A DNA stretch of 64,000 nucleotides from the human T2T-CHM13v2.0 reference genome, Homo sapiens (GCF_009914755.1 NC_060936.1), one strand, 5' to 3'; positions 26,193 through 39,178 are shown, numbered from the stretch's first letter. Program-made: numbers and translations. The notes: generated from the letters alone by a model not told the origin.

Positions 26193-26950
<758 letters not shown>

Positions 26951-27534
26951 GGTTGGGGGGAGAATGAGGGCAGAGAGTAGGGGTGAGAGACAAGAGATGG
27001 CACACACTCCCCTTCCCCTGGCGCAGCCTCAAAAATCACTCCAATCTCACAACGTGAGTTCTTTGTAGCTAAGATTAATTTTCTTATTTAGCATTTATGT
27101 GGCACTTTGGATCTGCAAAGTGCTTTACAATCAGTTTTATTAGCTGTGCTTGTGTGTTATATATAGCAGCAACCTCAGCTGCACCCAGACACTGTCTCCA
27201 GAGATGTGAACCAAACCAGGCAAACTTTATCCTCTTCCTCAAGCTTAGCCCATTTCCCGAGATAGTGTCAGCTTTTTTTTGTGGGGACAAGTATTAAAGT
27301 GGATTGGTGATGGTGGTGATGCTTGGAAGTGCTAATGTGAACCTGCCTTCTAAGTCTTTCCCTTATCCAGTGAGAAATCAGTGATTGTAATCACTGGATT
27401 ACCTGCTTGCTCAGATCAGGGTTGTTGAATGAGGGGCTATTTGCAAGGCTAGTTTAAAACAACTCCCATTCTTGTGTTAATGCACCTGTTTCTTGTATTT
27501 GTCCTGATTTAAACTCTTGCAATGTGGCTACTGA

Positions 27535-27985
27535 CCTGCCTTAGTGTGAGTTTCCCCCAAAGCAGACTATGCAACAAAGACTTAGGCACAAAGAATTCAT
27601 TAGGGAGGTGATTCTAGGAAGCATAAGCCAATCAAAGGTGTGGTGTTGAGCAGTTGCTGCTGTGGGCAACTGGAGCTTAATTCTGCTGAGAAACCATGCT
27701 TAAGAAGCATTTCCTTAGAGAACTGAGAAACTGGGGTACTTATCTACCCATTCCCACACCAGACTGGTTAGGGGTTGTCCCCCAGGATGTTAACTCCCCT
27801 ACACATCTGAGTTGAGACTACTTGAGGCCAAGCAAGCTTCTCTGGAGTTGGAGAAAGTCCTCAGGTGAAGAGGATAACTGGACACGGTTGTTCAAGGTAA
27901 GAAGTTTCTGCATGGGGGAATAATCTGCTGCAGCTGCTGGTAAATTCACATGGCCCAAAGGCAGGGGTAGGGATCAACAGTGTCT
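27535..27985 (-). mobile_element. LTR33-like (ERVL) LTR
   Basis: tttcccccaaagcagact..tagggaggtgattctaggaagc..tgtgggcaactggagctta..ctggggtacttatctaccc. Confidence 0.7.
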
Positions 27986-28409
27986 GCTCTGCCCTCCTGC
28001 ACCCTAGTGAAATCTTTTCTCAAGGTTGTAAATTCCATGAGCAGGTCCTTGCCTCAATGTCTTCACCCTTTGCAGCAATTGACTGTCCTGGGACTCTGTG
28101 CCATCCTGGTTTCTCTGTCTCTCTCTCCAACTGCTCCTTCTCTATTTCTTTTTTTTCTTTTCCCCAAATGTGGATATTTCCCAAATATCTCTTTGTTTTT
28201 TCCTTGCCCATACTCATGCTCACCAACATCCTATATGATGTGCCAAATTGAAAGCTGTAATCATCGCCCCTCTCTCCAGTGCCTAGTCCTGTGTTGTTAG
28301 CACTGCCTCATTGAAATATTCATCAGATAATCACTTGAGCAACTCAAGCTCAGCATTTCCAAATCCAACTCACCATCCTTGACCTCCTGCTCAAATCAGC
28401 TGCAACCTT

Positions 28410-28567
28410 GCTTCTCAAGTGTGTTTCAGGGCCAGCCTCATCAGCATCACCTGGGAGCTTGTAGACGCAGAATCACAGGCCCACCACAGACCAAGTGAAT
28501 CAAGATGTGTGTTTTTAACAAGTCCCTGGATGACTCGCGTGCATATTAATGTTTGATAAGCATTGGT
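28410..28567. mobile_element. MER5A in an L2 fragment
   Basis: gcttctcaagtgtg..cagcatcacctgggagcttg..gcagaatc..ttttaacaag..atgtttgataagcattgg. Confidence 0.8.
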
Positions 28568-29339
28568 CTACACTACCGATTCTCTTGATTTCTATTAATG
28601 GCACCAGGGTTTTTCCAGTTGCTCAGTCTTTCAAACTTGGCAATCCCTTGAATCCTAGGAGTAAGTATCCACTAGCTTTCTCTAACTCAGGATTTTTGTG
28701 GGACCTGGGTCTCAGACAACAAGTCATAATAATAATGTAACTGATATTGATATGTTTCAGTTGAATAAGTCCATGTCAATACCATCACACATACAATTTC
28801 ACTTCTATAAATATTTATAGAGCTCCTTCTCTATGGTTGGTTCCATGCTAAGCTGTGATGGTGTAATGTTGAACAAAACTCAGTCTTTAGCCTCAAGGAG
28901 TTCACAGTTCAGAGGAAGCAGATACAAATAGACACAGAGAGAAAAAGTAAAGAATGCCATGGAAACCAGAGGAACCCTAACATAGCCCTGCAGGGTCAGA
29001 GGAGAGTCTGAAAGGAACCAGAAGGATGGGCAGACCTAACTAGTGAAGGTGAGAAAAAGAAAGGGCTTTGGGCAGAGGAATGGTTTGTGCACACACTGGG
29101 CTGGGATTGGGGCAGGGTACATTGGAGGACTCTGCCCTGTTTGTGATGTAGGGGGACATCACCTTACCTCTCCTGCCTCATTTGTCTCAACTTTTAACAT
29201 GCAAACAGTAGGGTCATTGTGAAAATTCAGTAAAAATCAGGACATTTCAGAACTGCAACTACTTGGTCCTCATAAATATTGATTGAATATAAATTGTCAG
29301 CAACCACAGCTCGTACCTTAATTATGGAAATAATAATCA

Positions 29340-29786
29340 TGGTAGTGGATTGAATGGTGGCTTCCCCCCTCCCCCAAAAGATGTCCCCATGTCAAATCAT
29401 CTGAACCAGTGAATGTAATTTTATTTGGAAAAGGGGTCTTTGCAGGTTTAAAGATTTCAAGATGAGACCATCCGGAATTATCTGAGTAGGCACTATATTC
29501 AATGTCAAGTGTCCTGATAAGAAAAGGAGAGGACACAGGACAGGAGACAGGCCATGTGAAGATGGAGGCAGAGATTGGAGTGATTCAGCCAAAAGCCAAC
29601 AAATGCCTGGAGCCACCAGAAGCTGAAAGGGGCCAGAAAGGATCCTCCCCTAGAGCCTTTGGAGGGAGCGTGGTCCTGTTGACATGTTGATTTTGGATTT
29701 CTCCAGAACTGTGAGAGAGTACATTGGAGTGGTTTGAACCATGAAATTTGTGGTAATTTGTACAGCAGTGGCAAGAAACTGATACA
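29340..29786 (+). mobile_element. MLT1C-like solo LTR
   Basis: ttgaatggtgg..atttggaaaaggggtctttgcag..gccatgtgaagatggaggcagagattggagtga..gaaactgataca. Confidence 0.88.
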
Positions 29787-30070
29787 CATGGTTATTGATT
29801 TTTTCAAATTCTCTACCTGTCAGGTGTGGATTCCTCCTCAATGATGTTTTGAAGTAATGCTATTATGCCCATTTTATGGATAAGGACTACTAAGGCTCAT
29901 GGAGGAGAAGCAACTCTTTCTTGCTCATTCGTTCACTGAATATTGACTGGCCTCTTAGCTGACCAGACACTGGGGGACAGAGTCATGGGTAAAGGTTTGC
30001 AGAGGTCTCAGGGCTTGTAAGTTTAGAGGAGGGAGAATGAATAACCATTACTGGGTTATATGAATAACCC

Positions 30071-31311
30071 ATACTGGGTTGAATAGTGCTTCCTCTCCCC
30101 AAACTTATTTCTACCTTGGACCTTGGAATGTGACCTTTTCTGTGAAATGGGAGAGTTCCCTGATTCCCCTGGCAGGATGTGCAACAGAGGTGCGTCTTGC
30201 CTATTCAGTCACCCCGCAGCTCAAACACCTAGGGGGAGCATGCAGATGGGCAGGTGGAGAGGCTGGGCAAGTGCTTTGGGCTCTTGGCCCCACAGTAGTG
30301 TCTACGGGTGGGTGCTTGCAACCCCAGTGTTACAAAGCTCTTTCAGCTTTGCCATCTGCAGATGGCTTGAGTGTTAATCAGCTCAATGGACCCTCGGCCT
30401 TATCAGAAGGGCAGAGGGCCAGTGTGACAGCTTTCTGTATCCTGAGCTCTTGCCCAGTGTCTCAGAAGAATCACATCACACAAGGGTTTGAAGGATGAAT
30501 GCAAGGTTTTATTGAGTGGTAGAGATGGCTCTTAGTGAGATGGATGGGGAGCGTGAAGGGGGATGGAGTGGGAAGGTGATCTTCCCCTGGAGTCGGGCTG
30601 CCCAGCCGCTGGACTCTTCTCTGACTGGCCCCAGCCAGACTCCTCTTGGCGTCCAGACATCTCTCCTCTTCTCTCTTTCTCTGCCACTTTGTTCCGCCAT
30701 CCATCTGCTTGCCTCCTTGTCTCCTCGCCTGCTGGTCTGTATTCTGGAGCTTGGGGTTCTGGGTTTATATGGGGGCAAGATAGGGGGCGTGGTGGGCCAA
30801 AAGGCAACTTTGGGGGCTTGAAAACAGGAATTCCCATTCTCATTTAGGGCCTCAGGTATCCAGGCTTGAGGGTGGGGCCTTTGCTGGAGAACCACCCTCT
30901 TCTACCCAGTGTCACCCTGTCTCCTGTCTGTATCATTTGGAAATAACATTACAGATATAATCAAGTTAAGACAGGTCATTCTGGGTTAGGGTGAACTCAA
31001 ATCCAATGACCGGTATCCTTATAAAATGAGGGAAATTAGGACAGAGAGACACGGAGAGAAACTCACGTGACCATGGGCAGAGATGAGAGTGATGTGTCCA
31101 CAGGCCAAGGAATGCCAAGGATGCTGGCAGCCACCAGAAGCTGGAGGAGGCAAGGAAAGATCCTCCCCTGGAGTCTTCAGAGGGAGCGTGGCCTTACACA
31201 CATCCTGACTGCCAATTTCTAGCCTCTAGAGCTGGGAGACAATGCATACGTGTTGTTTTAAGCCATCCAGTTTGTGGTCATCTGTTACAGGAGCCGCTGG
31301 AAACTTATACG
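30071..31311 (+). mobile_element. MLT1C-like LTR split by an ERV1 LTR
   Basis: 5' part 30071-30142 (gggttgaatagtg..gaatgtgacctt) resumes at 30936 (tttggaaata..) and ends ggaaacttatac. Confidence 0.85.
30143..30935 (-). mobile_element. ERV1 solo LTR of the LTR1/LTR27/MER52 group
   Basis: Minus strand TGATACAGACAGGAGACAGGG..GGGTAGAAGAGGG..CAATAAAACC..GGGAACTCTCCCATTTCA; 793 bp; 4-bp TSD tctg/tttg. Confidence 0.85.
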
Positions 31312-31759
31312 GCATTTAAGAAATATATATGATTGTAGACGTGGAAATCACAGCTTAGGGGGCTGTGGGAACCTGGGAAAGGGAATGGAGGGGTGGGCAG
31401 GGAAGCTTCTTCCAGGAAGGCACGCTGGAGCTGAGACTGAGGGTCGGGTAGCAGTTAAGTGTGCAAAGAGGGATGGGAAATCTGAGCCAGAGGGAAGAAC
31501 AGGTGTGAAGCCTCTGGTTTGAGAAGGACCTCGGTGCAGGAGGAGTGGAAGGTCAGCGCGCAGAGGGGAGTAAGGCAGGCAGCGGTGGGGCCACAGCCTG
31601 TGCGCCAATCATGACACATTCCCGTGCCCTGCGCTTCTGGTCCCTGGCTTCTCTTCTGGGGGCTGCTGGGTCAGTATGTCTGTGCGTTCTTCACTGGCTA
31701 GGTCTGCTCACCCTTTGGGTTCCTTCCAGACTCTCCTCTGACCCCCCCAACACTGCCTA

Positions 31760-32150
31760 CCACGCGGGGCGTTTGAACACGAATTTGGAGGTCCTTGTTT
31801 GTCCTTGAACGCGGCAGGGAGTGGAGGAAGGCGCCGGGAGGAGGCACAAAATCGCTTTGTGCGACAGCGCCCGACAGCTTCTCCGCCCGGAGCCGGCTCC
31901 GCCGTGAATGGGCCGCGGACAAAGGCGTCCCCTCCCAAGTACCTGTAATTGGAGCGTCCATGTGCGCGGGCGCTGCTGAAATGCAATGGACAAAAGGGAG
32001 AGGAATGGCCGCATCTTCCGGCTGCCCGTTGCTATGGTTTCCGCGGAGCTGGTGAAGGGGAGGGCTGTTACCAGGCAACGGGAGAGGGACCAAGACAAAG
32101 GGAGCTCAGGAGAGGGAAAGGTCTGGGGCAGGTGTGAGTACGTGTGCCGT
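31760..32150. promoter_or_regulatory. CpG-rich promoter candidate with RFX X-boxes
   Basis: Only dense CpG cluster in the window; GTTGCTATGGTTTC (32028-32041), GTTACCAGGCAAC (32067-32079), CTTCCGG ETS core (32015-32021). Confidence 0.75.
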
Positions 32151-32159
32151 GAGGTGGGG

Positions 32160-32311
32160 CGGAGACAGAGGAGGATGTGAGAGAGACACCGAGGACAGAG
32201 GGAGACAGAGGGGAGAGATAAGAGAGAGACAAAGAGCAGGGAGAGGCAGAGAGAGAGAGAGAGGGAGAGAGAGAAAGAGAGAGAGAGGAGAGAGAGAGAG
32301 CGAGAGCAAGA
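32160..32311. repeat. (GA)n-rich simple repeat
   Basis: gagagagaga runs. Confidence 0.9.
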
Positions 32312-32989
32312 GGGCCACATTAAAAAACAGCTAACAGAGGCTCATAGAGACAGACAGGGACACGGAGACATTCATTCACTTACTGTGTGCCAAGCCTGTG
32401 TGCTTCTGGAGACAGGGCTATTAGCAAGAGAGACACCATCCCTGACCTAAGAACTCAGAGACCCAGAGAGAAAGAATGATGCTAGAGATAGAGCCAGAGG
32501 TAGATGCTTCCCTGCCTCCCCTGGGGTGACTGGGGCTTTCTCTTCAGGCCATTGTCTCCTGGAAGCTGGTGACTTCCGGGTAGGGTGTGCTCAAAGTCAT
32601 CGTACCCTTCCTCCTGACTCAGGGCAGTGTCCACAGGCAGCTCCACTCCCAGGAGGCTGTTGTACAAAGTGACTTCTGGTTGAACAATGCTCAATCTCTC
32701 CCTAGCAGCTCTTATGGCTTGCCAACTATGATGCTTGAATTTCCCGCCATTATAGTGATCGTGGATAAGTTAACTCACTTAGTAATTATATAGCAACAAA
32801 ATGCTGTTAAGCGTGTTGCTCAATTGCTCCTGTATGCTAGGTATTGTCAGCATTCTCACTTTACAAGAGTGGAAACTGAGGTTCTGAGAGATGAAATATT
32901 TTACCTGGTGTCACACAGTTACTCAGTGCAAAGCCACTAAGGTCTTCTGATCTCTAGCCTGATGTTCTTCCTTCTGCTTATATCCCTGT

Positions 32990-33430
32990 CTGGGCCATGT
33001 CTTATTTGTTTACAAGGAACAGAAGCCTACACAAATTAACTCTAGTGAAATGAGAGCTTTATCAGAAAGACACTAAAGAGATTCCTGAGATCCAAGGGCA
33101 GGAATCAGAGCTGGTTTTCACAAGAAACTCCACTGGGTACTACAGAGAGCTCAGAAGTCATGGAGACTATTCTTTCTATCTCTTTCTGAGACCTCCTGGT
33201 GGCTCCTCTCTGCTTCTGTCTGCACACTGCTCAGTGCCAAAAATGCCAAAATGACCTTCAAGGAAGTCTTTCTTTTCCAGTTTACATTTTCAAGAGACAG
33301 CCTGATTGGCTCACTTAGATCAAGTGTACAGTTCTGATCCAATGAATTCTGGCCAAGGGTCAGGCCCCTAGCATACAACATGAGTGGCCAATTGACTTGT
33401 GGCCAGTTCTTCAGCAGGGGCTGCCAAAAC
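32990..33430 (-). mobile_element. Old MLT1-type LTR
   Basis: tttgtttacaaggaacagaagcc..cctgattggctcacttagatcaagtg..tccaatgaattctggccaaggg. Confidence 0.55.
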
Positions 33431-34129
33431 AGGTGCTGTGGATGGGACAGACATCATGAGTTATCTATGTAAACTCACTCACTTCTATCCTGGGGATACC
33501 AAGAGTAACCTTGCCTGCCTTCCAGGGCTGTTGTAAGGAGCTCATACTTATCGAAGGAGTTTGTAAAGTGTTAGGTGCCACAGAAGACCAAGTAACTACA
33601 TAGGTTAAATGGTAGTATCTGGATGACAAAACCGTATTGTCCTTCTTCATCTTCTTTGCCAAGATCATGGCCCGAGGCCAATGGGGCAGCATGCAAGAAA
33701 GTTGTTATTGACAAGGGAGTGAAGAAAGGAAGAGTTCAGAGGATACCTGAGCTAAAGTGTGTACCATGATGAAATGAAAACGACGAGGAGGATGTTATTC
33801 CTCCATTCTCTCACTCACCCATTTAGTAAGCCCCGTGAGCCTACAATGTGCAAGAAACTATACAAGATGATAAAGATACAATGGTGAAAAAGACATGGCC
33901 TCTGTTCTTCAGGGACTCAAAGGGGGTGAGGCACCAGGCACATAACCTGCCAGATACTATGTATTTTAAGATGTGCTATGAGAGAGATGTAATGGTATCA
34001 GAGGAGGTGACTTAACTCAGACAGCAGCACCAAGGAAGGTGTTGTACCAAACACCTGTCAACTCCAACTGAAATGGCACTGTGCCCTGGAGACAGTGAAT
34101 GAGACCTAGGGTTTACTGGAGGAACTTAA

Positions 34130-34655
34130 ATACAGGGACATTTGATGCTCAAATGATCTCATCTTTGGCTAGTGGAAGACTATTAAAGTTGGTCCTTGAG
34201 TTCTCTAGAAATAACCCTAATATATCAACAGCTTTCTCATACTTTGGTATGATAATCTTTTCAGACTTATCTTATACATTTGCTACTCAAAGCCAGAGTC
34301 AGCCATTTCTCCAAGGAGCTCAGACCTCTTTGAGTGGGAAAATGGTATTTGAGACCATCATCTGGGTGGTGGGAGTGCTCACTGCTCCTGGGTTTGTTAT
34401 TGGCTCTAGGTCTTTTAAGAGGACAGTTAGAAAATGCATACTTTTTAGGAGAAAACACATCATGAGTTTATACTGATATTTCTCATTCAAAATCAGGATA
34501 CAGTGTTTTTCCTTTGATCATATATCTCTTTTCAACTGAAAACCTTGATTTTTAATGACATGAAATTAGGTACTCATTGCTTTATTTTACAATACAAATA
34601 TATTTTGGAATTGCAATAACAATATTATTACTAAAAATATCATTGAAAAAAGATT
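34130..34655 (-). mobile_element. L1MC-type fragment
   Basis: agtcagccatttctccaaggagc..agtgggaaaatggtatttgagacca..catgagtttatactgatat. Confidence 0.55.
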
Positions 34656-35461
34656 ATCAGCTAGGATTTATTCAGTTTCTGGCTTTGTGCCAGGCATGAT
34701 ACATATATCATATTGCTTAATCCAAAAACAAACCAGGAGGGTGATGAGATTATCATCTCTATTTTACTCCTGAGAAATTTGAGGTTTAAGAGGTCACAAA
34801 GTCACAAGTCAGTATGTGATGAAGGCAGCATTTTAATCCCCAACTATCTGACTCCATTACTTTCTACTACTTTGGGTTTTAGTTTTTTTCCTCTTGTCTT
34901 TTGGCATTAATGAGGTACCTGCTCTCTAATTGCATGGGCTACATGGTTATTTAATACTCCAAGGATGACTTGACATCGATTATTTGAAAATGCGTAGCTG
35001 AGAAAGAGAGAGAGAAAAAGAGGGAGAGAGAAAAGAAAGCAGTTTACTGGCTCAATGTTATTGCAGGGAATAGAATAGTTCTTGAGAAACATGTTGGCTC
35101 ATACTTTCAAAGTGACAGATTATTGCTTTCAGTTATATTAGCAGATGGATTCTGTTTAAAGGTGTTGAGTATTTCTCCTCTGCTGCCAGATTGTTTTAAG
35201 TAGGGGAAGCAAATGGGAGGAGTCCCAAGGGCCTTGGGAAAACATATTATCAGGCACAAGCTTGAACCTACTGGGGAAGTTTTACAGGGGTCACTGGCTC
35301 CCCACCTTTGGGTGTTTGCTCAAGCCGTTTTCCCAAAATGAAATATCTTTTCTTTTTTACTCTGCCTGTGCAAATAATATTCAACCTCAGAGACCTAGTT
35401 TCTCTTTGAACCTTTCCTTGATCTTCCCAGCCTCTAATACTGTTCCCCTCTCTAAACTGGT

Positions 35462-35900
35462 TGTACTGGGTTGAATAGTATTCCCCCAAATTCACATCCT
35501 CCTGGAAACCTAAGAATGTGACCTTATTTGAAATAGGGTCTTTGGAGATGTAACTGGTTAACATGAAGTCATACTGGATAAGGGTGGGTCCTAAATTCAA
35601 TTATTGGTCTCCTAATAAGAAGGTGCAAAGACACACAGAAAGAAGACAGCCATTTGAAGACAGAGGTGGAGACTGGAATGATGTAGCCACAAGCCCAGGA
35701 GTGATAGGATTTGTCAGCAGCCACGAGAAGCTAGAAAGGAGCAAGCCAAGATTCTTCCCTAGAGCCTCTGAGGGAACATGGTCCTGCTGATGTCCTGAGT
35801 TCAGACTTCTAGGCCCCAGAACTGAGAGATAATAAATTTCTGTTGTTTCAAGGAAGCAGTTTGTGGTAATGTGTTACAGCAGTCCTCGGAGACTAATACA
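35462..35900 (+). mobile_element. MLT1C-like solo LTR
   Basis: tgtactgggttgaatagt..gaatgtgaccttatttgaaatagggtcttt..ggagactaataca. Confidence 0.88.
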
Positions 35901-37044
35901 GCACCTAATTCAGCACTGGAGGAGGAGGACAAGAATGGAAAGTCTGGGGTGAATTTTAAAGGATGATTAGGGTCCTCCTGGACCCTAGTGGCCAATGAGA
36001 GGGAATAGGGAAAGGGCTTTCCAGGAAGCAGGGGCTAAGTCCAGGAGCAGAGAAACTGAACATAGTCCACGAGAAGAGAAACAGATCGGGGTAGGCAGGC
36101 ACCTGCATGCAGGGGCAGCATTTCTAAAATGATGCAGGACAGGTATGAGATGAAGCTGGGAAGGTAGGCAGAGGCCAGATTCCTCAGGGTCCCAAAGTCC
36201 ACATGAGGAACTTCAAGGCTTCATGCAGACACCAGGGAGCCCTTTGAGGCATGTAAGCCAGAAAGAGACACAGCAGTCATCCTGAACATGTCTGGAGGTT
36301 GCAGAGGGTGAGCTCAGTGCAGGACTGATTTCTTCTCCACATTGACATTCAGTTTGGTGCCCACAGAAGACATGAAATTTCCTCCTTGGGTGGGGGCCCT
36401 GCCTCTGGGTCACCTCCAAGGCCGGCCTCCCATGGAGGTGGTGTTCATGGAGCTGAGTGTTCCTCCAGCTACTGTCTTGACTGTATCAGACACTGCCTGG
36501 AAGACCATCCAGCCGGCAGCCACCGACCTTTATTTAGTCATTTCAGAAGGTTCTGTTTTAAACTTGCTAGCCCGGAAAGCTGAGGAGAGGCCTCCCCTCG
36601 CTTCTGCCAGTCCCCAGCCTAGGTCCCAGCTGCTCTCTCTGGAGCACAGGGAGAGCCACGCTGTCTCCAAGGAAACTAAGGGATTCTTTTTTTTTTTTTT
36701 TAAACTCCCCACCCTGCTTTAATTGGCAGTTCCATGACCTCCAGGATGCACCTGGCAAGGTCCTAGGATTCCTTCTGGGGGTTTAGCGGAGGGAGACGAA
36801 GGGGACGGAGGGCTGGCCCAGACTGCTGGCTCCTGGTTTAGCTTTCTGTCCATCAGGTTTAGCCCTAACTTTGCCCCTTCCCCCAACATTTCTCTCTCTA
36901 ATTCTTGAGTACCTCTCCCCCCAACCATCCCCTCGTCAGCACACCTGCTTAGATATTGGTCAAAGGGAATGAGAGAACCTGGGATTCTCATGGCAGGTGG
37001 AGGATGTCTGTTGAGTAGACCCTATAGCTTCACAGAATACATCC

Positions 37045-37240
37045 CAGTGGTTAGTGAAGAGGCTCTGGAGTCATTCCCCAGATTGCCACTTTCTAGTTGT
37101 GTGACCTTGGCCAAGTAAAACCTCTATGTGCCTCAGTTTTCAACTCTGTCATATGAAGATAAATACCCACTGCCTGGGGCTGTGGAGATAATTATAGAAG
37201 AGAATGCTTGTAGAAGGCTTAACCTAGTGTCTTGCATATC
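37045..37240 (+). mobile_element. MIR SINE
   Basis: gtggttag..ggctctggagtca..tgtgtgaccttggccaagt..gtgcctcagtttt. Confidence 0.8.
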
Positions 37241-37283
37241 TTAAATGAAATAAATATGAATTAGCCTTAATAAGTGTGGCTGC

Positions 37284-37773
37284 ATAAAAAAGGATGAGTT
37301 CATGTCCTTTGTAGGGACATGGATGAAGCTGGAAACCATCATTCTGAGCAAACTATCACAAGGACAGAAAACCAAACACTGCATGTTCTCACTCGTAGGT
37401 GGGAATTGAACAATGAGAACTCTTGGACACAGGATGTGGAACATCACACACCGGGGCCTGTCGTGGGGTCGGGGGAGGGGGGAGGGATAGCATTAGGAGA
37501 TATACCTAATGTAAATGACAAGTTAATTGGTGCAGCACACCAACATGTCACATGTATACATATGTAACAAACCTGCGCATTGTGCACACGTACCCTGGAA
37601 CTTAAAGCATAATAATTAAAAAAACCAAAAATGTGTTTCTTGAAAAGACAGTGTATATAGAAGCACCTTAAAAAACTACAAATTGTCATTTGAATTTGTT
37701 TCTATTTTTATTTTCCAAGTTTTACATGATCACAACATATAAAATAAACATTTCTATTATAATTTTAAAAAAA
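37284..37773 (+). mobile_element. 5'-truncated L1PA (about PA4-5) with a 3' transduced segment
   Basis: L1 3' end 37284-~37631 (gatgagttcatgtcctttgtagggacatggatgaagc..cttaaagcataata), then unique DNA, AATAAA and a second A-run; 13-bp TSD taagtgtggctgc at 37271-37283 and 37775-37787. Confidence 0.88.
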
Positions 37774-37829
37774 GTAAGTGTGGCTGCTTTTATTTCTGGG
37801 AAATATTTGTGGGAACGAAAGGTGGTTGA

Positions 37830-38400
37830 ATGAAACCTGCGCTAAGAGACAGACCTAGGCTTGCATTCCCACTTTGCTGCTTACTTGCTTGGTATCCTGG
37901 GCTTAGCTAATTTAACTCTGTGAGCCTCCATCTCTTCATCTTTAAAACGGAAACAATAATCCCTAACTCTCAAAGTTGTTTGGCGGAGATGAGATAATAT
38001 TTATAAACTGCTTTGCACTTAGCAGGGGCTCTGTAACTGCTTGACTCTACCACTTACTTTGTGCAAATGACATTCCCTCTGCTGACTTAGTTTCCCCATC
38101 TGGAAAATGGGGACAATAATAGTACTACCTCATAAGCTTGCTGTGATGATTAAAAAATGTACTTTAAGCAAAGCTCTTAAAATGTGCTGGCATTATTAGA
38201 TATAATAATTATTGTAGTACTAAAAGTTGATAACCAATATTTATTAGGTATTTAATTTATTAACTACTTACTATATTCCAGGCACTGTGCATTGCAGCCC
38301 TATGACTTAGGAGCTCTTATCAGCTCCACTTTACAAAGACTAAGTTGAGGCTTACAGAGTAAGATCTCTTGCACAAGGTCACCCTGCCTATAAGTGGCAG
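37830..38400. mobile_element. Cluster of three MIR elements (+,+,-)
   Basis: Repeated MIR cores: tctgtgagcctccatctc, cttagtttccccatctggaaaatgggg, cttgcacaaggtcac. Confidence 0.7.
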
Positions 38401-39019
38401 AGTTACTGTCATTATCAATGACTACAGTGGTGTGGATATGTGGGAACAGTGACCAGAACCCTACACAATTGCCATCTTTGTGGTTCCAGGTTCCAAAGGC
38501 CCCTAGGGAAAACTGGACTTCGGGTGCAGCCTAGCCGGGGTGATGGATGAACAGTGACAGCTCCTGCCAAAGAGTAAACACAGAGAAATATAGGTCAGTT
38601 CCGACAGCCAAGCCCCCATCCGCTTGTTTTACCCCAAAGCCAATCTTGTCAACTTGATCTTCTGCCCTGAACTTCAGCTGTCCTCCGGATGTTCTTGTGT
38701 TTCATGAATTATGCAGACTTGACAAAATGTGTGCTGCAAAGATTAAAATCTCTGTTCTTTTTATTGGAAGATCTTTCTTTCCTCCACTGAATTTTTTTTC
38801 TTCCTCTTGCTCTCATAGCATACTTTTTAGCCATCCTGCAGAGCACCTTCTCTCTTCTTTCTCTTAACAACTCAATTTGTGATTCCATTGCATGGTGCTA
38901 GTCTCACTGCAGATTCTGTCTCATTAATGAAATATACTTTACGGAATCCCAAAAGGTGTCCTCGATGAGCTTCCGGGAATTTCCATGAACAAATTTAGCA
39001 GATCAGGACTCCCACAGAA

Positions 39020-39178
39020 AAGCCCTGAATTGTGTGTAGCATGTGCTCATATCCATGGTATAAATACCACCACGGTCAATTTCAAGCTACCATATGAAGT
39101 CGCTAAATATGAACTTGAGAAGAGATACCCACAGTCAGCTCTCATGAGCTCGTAGGATCTGGCTTCAGACATGACTGG
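39020..39178. mobile_element. MER63-like hAT-Blackjack element
   Basis: ccatggtataaataccaccacggtcaatttcaagctacc..gaagagat..gctctcatgagc..tggcttcagacatgactg. Confidence 0.7.

Noticed and set aside
27102-27123. miR-17-family seed (AAAGTGC) in a hairpin as a microRNA gene
   Set aside because: The stem is only 8 bp and does not extend to a pre-miRNA-length fold
31698-32320. 131-aa and 187-aa ORFs over the CpG region as single-exon genes
   Set aside because: GC-rich and (GA)n sequence is stop-poor; no recognisable domain
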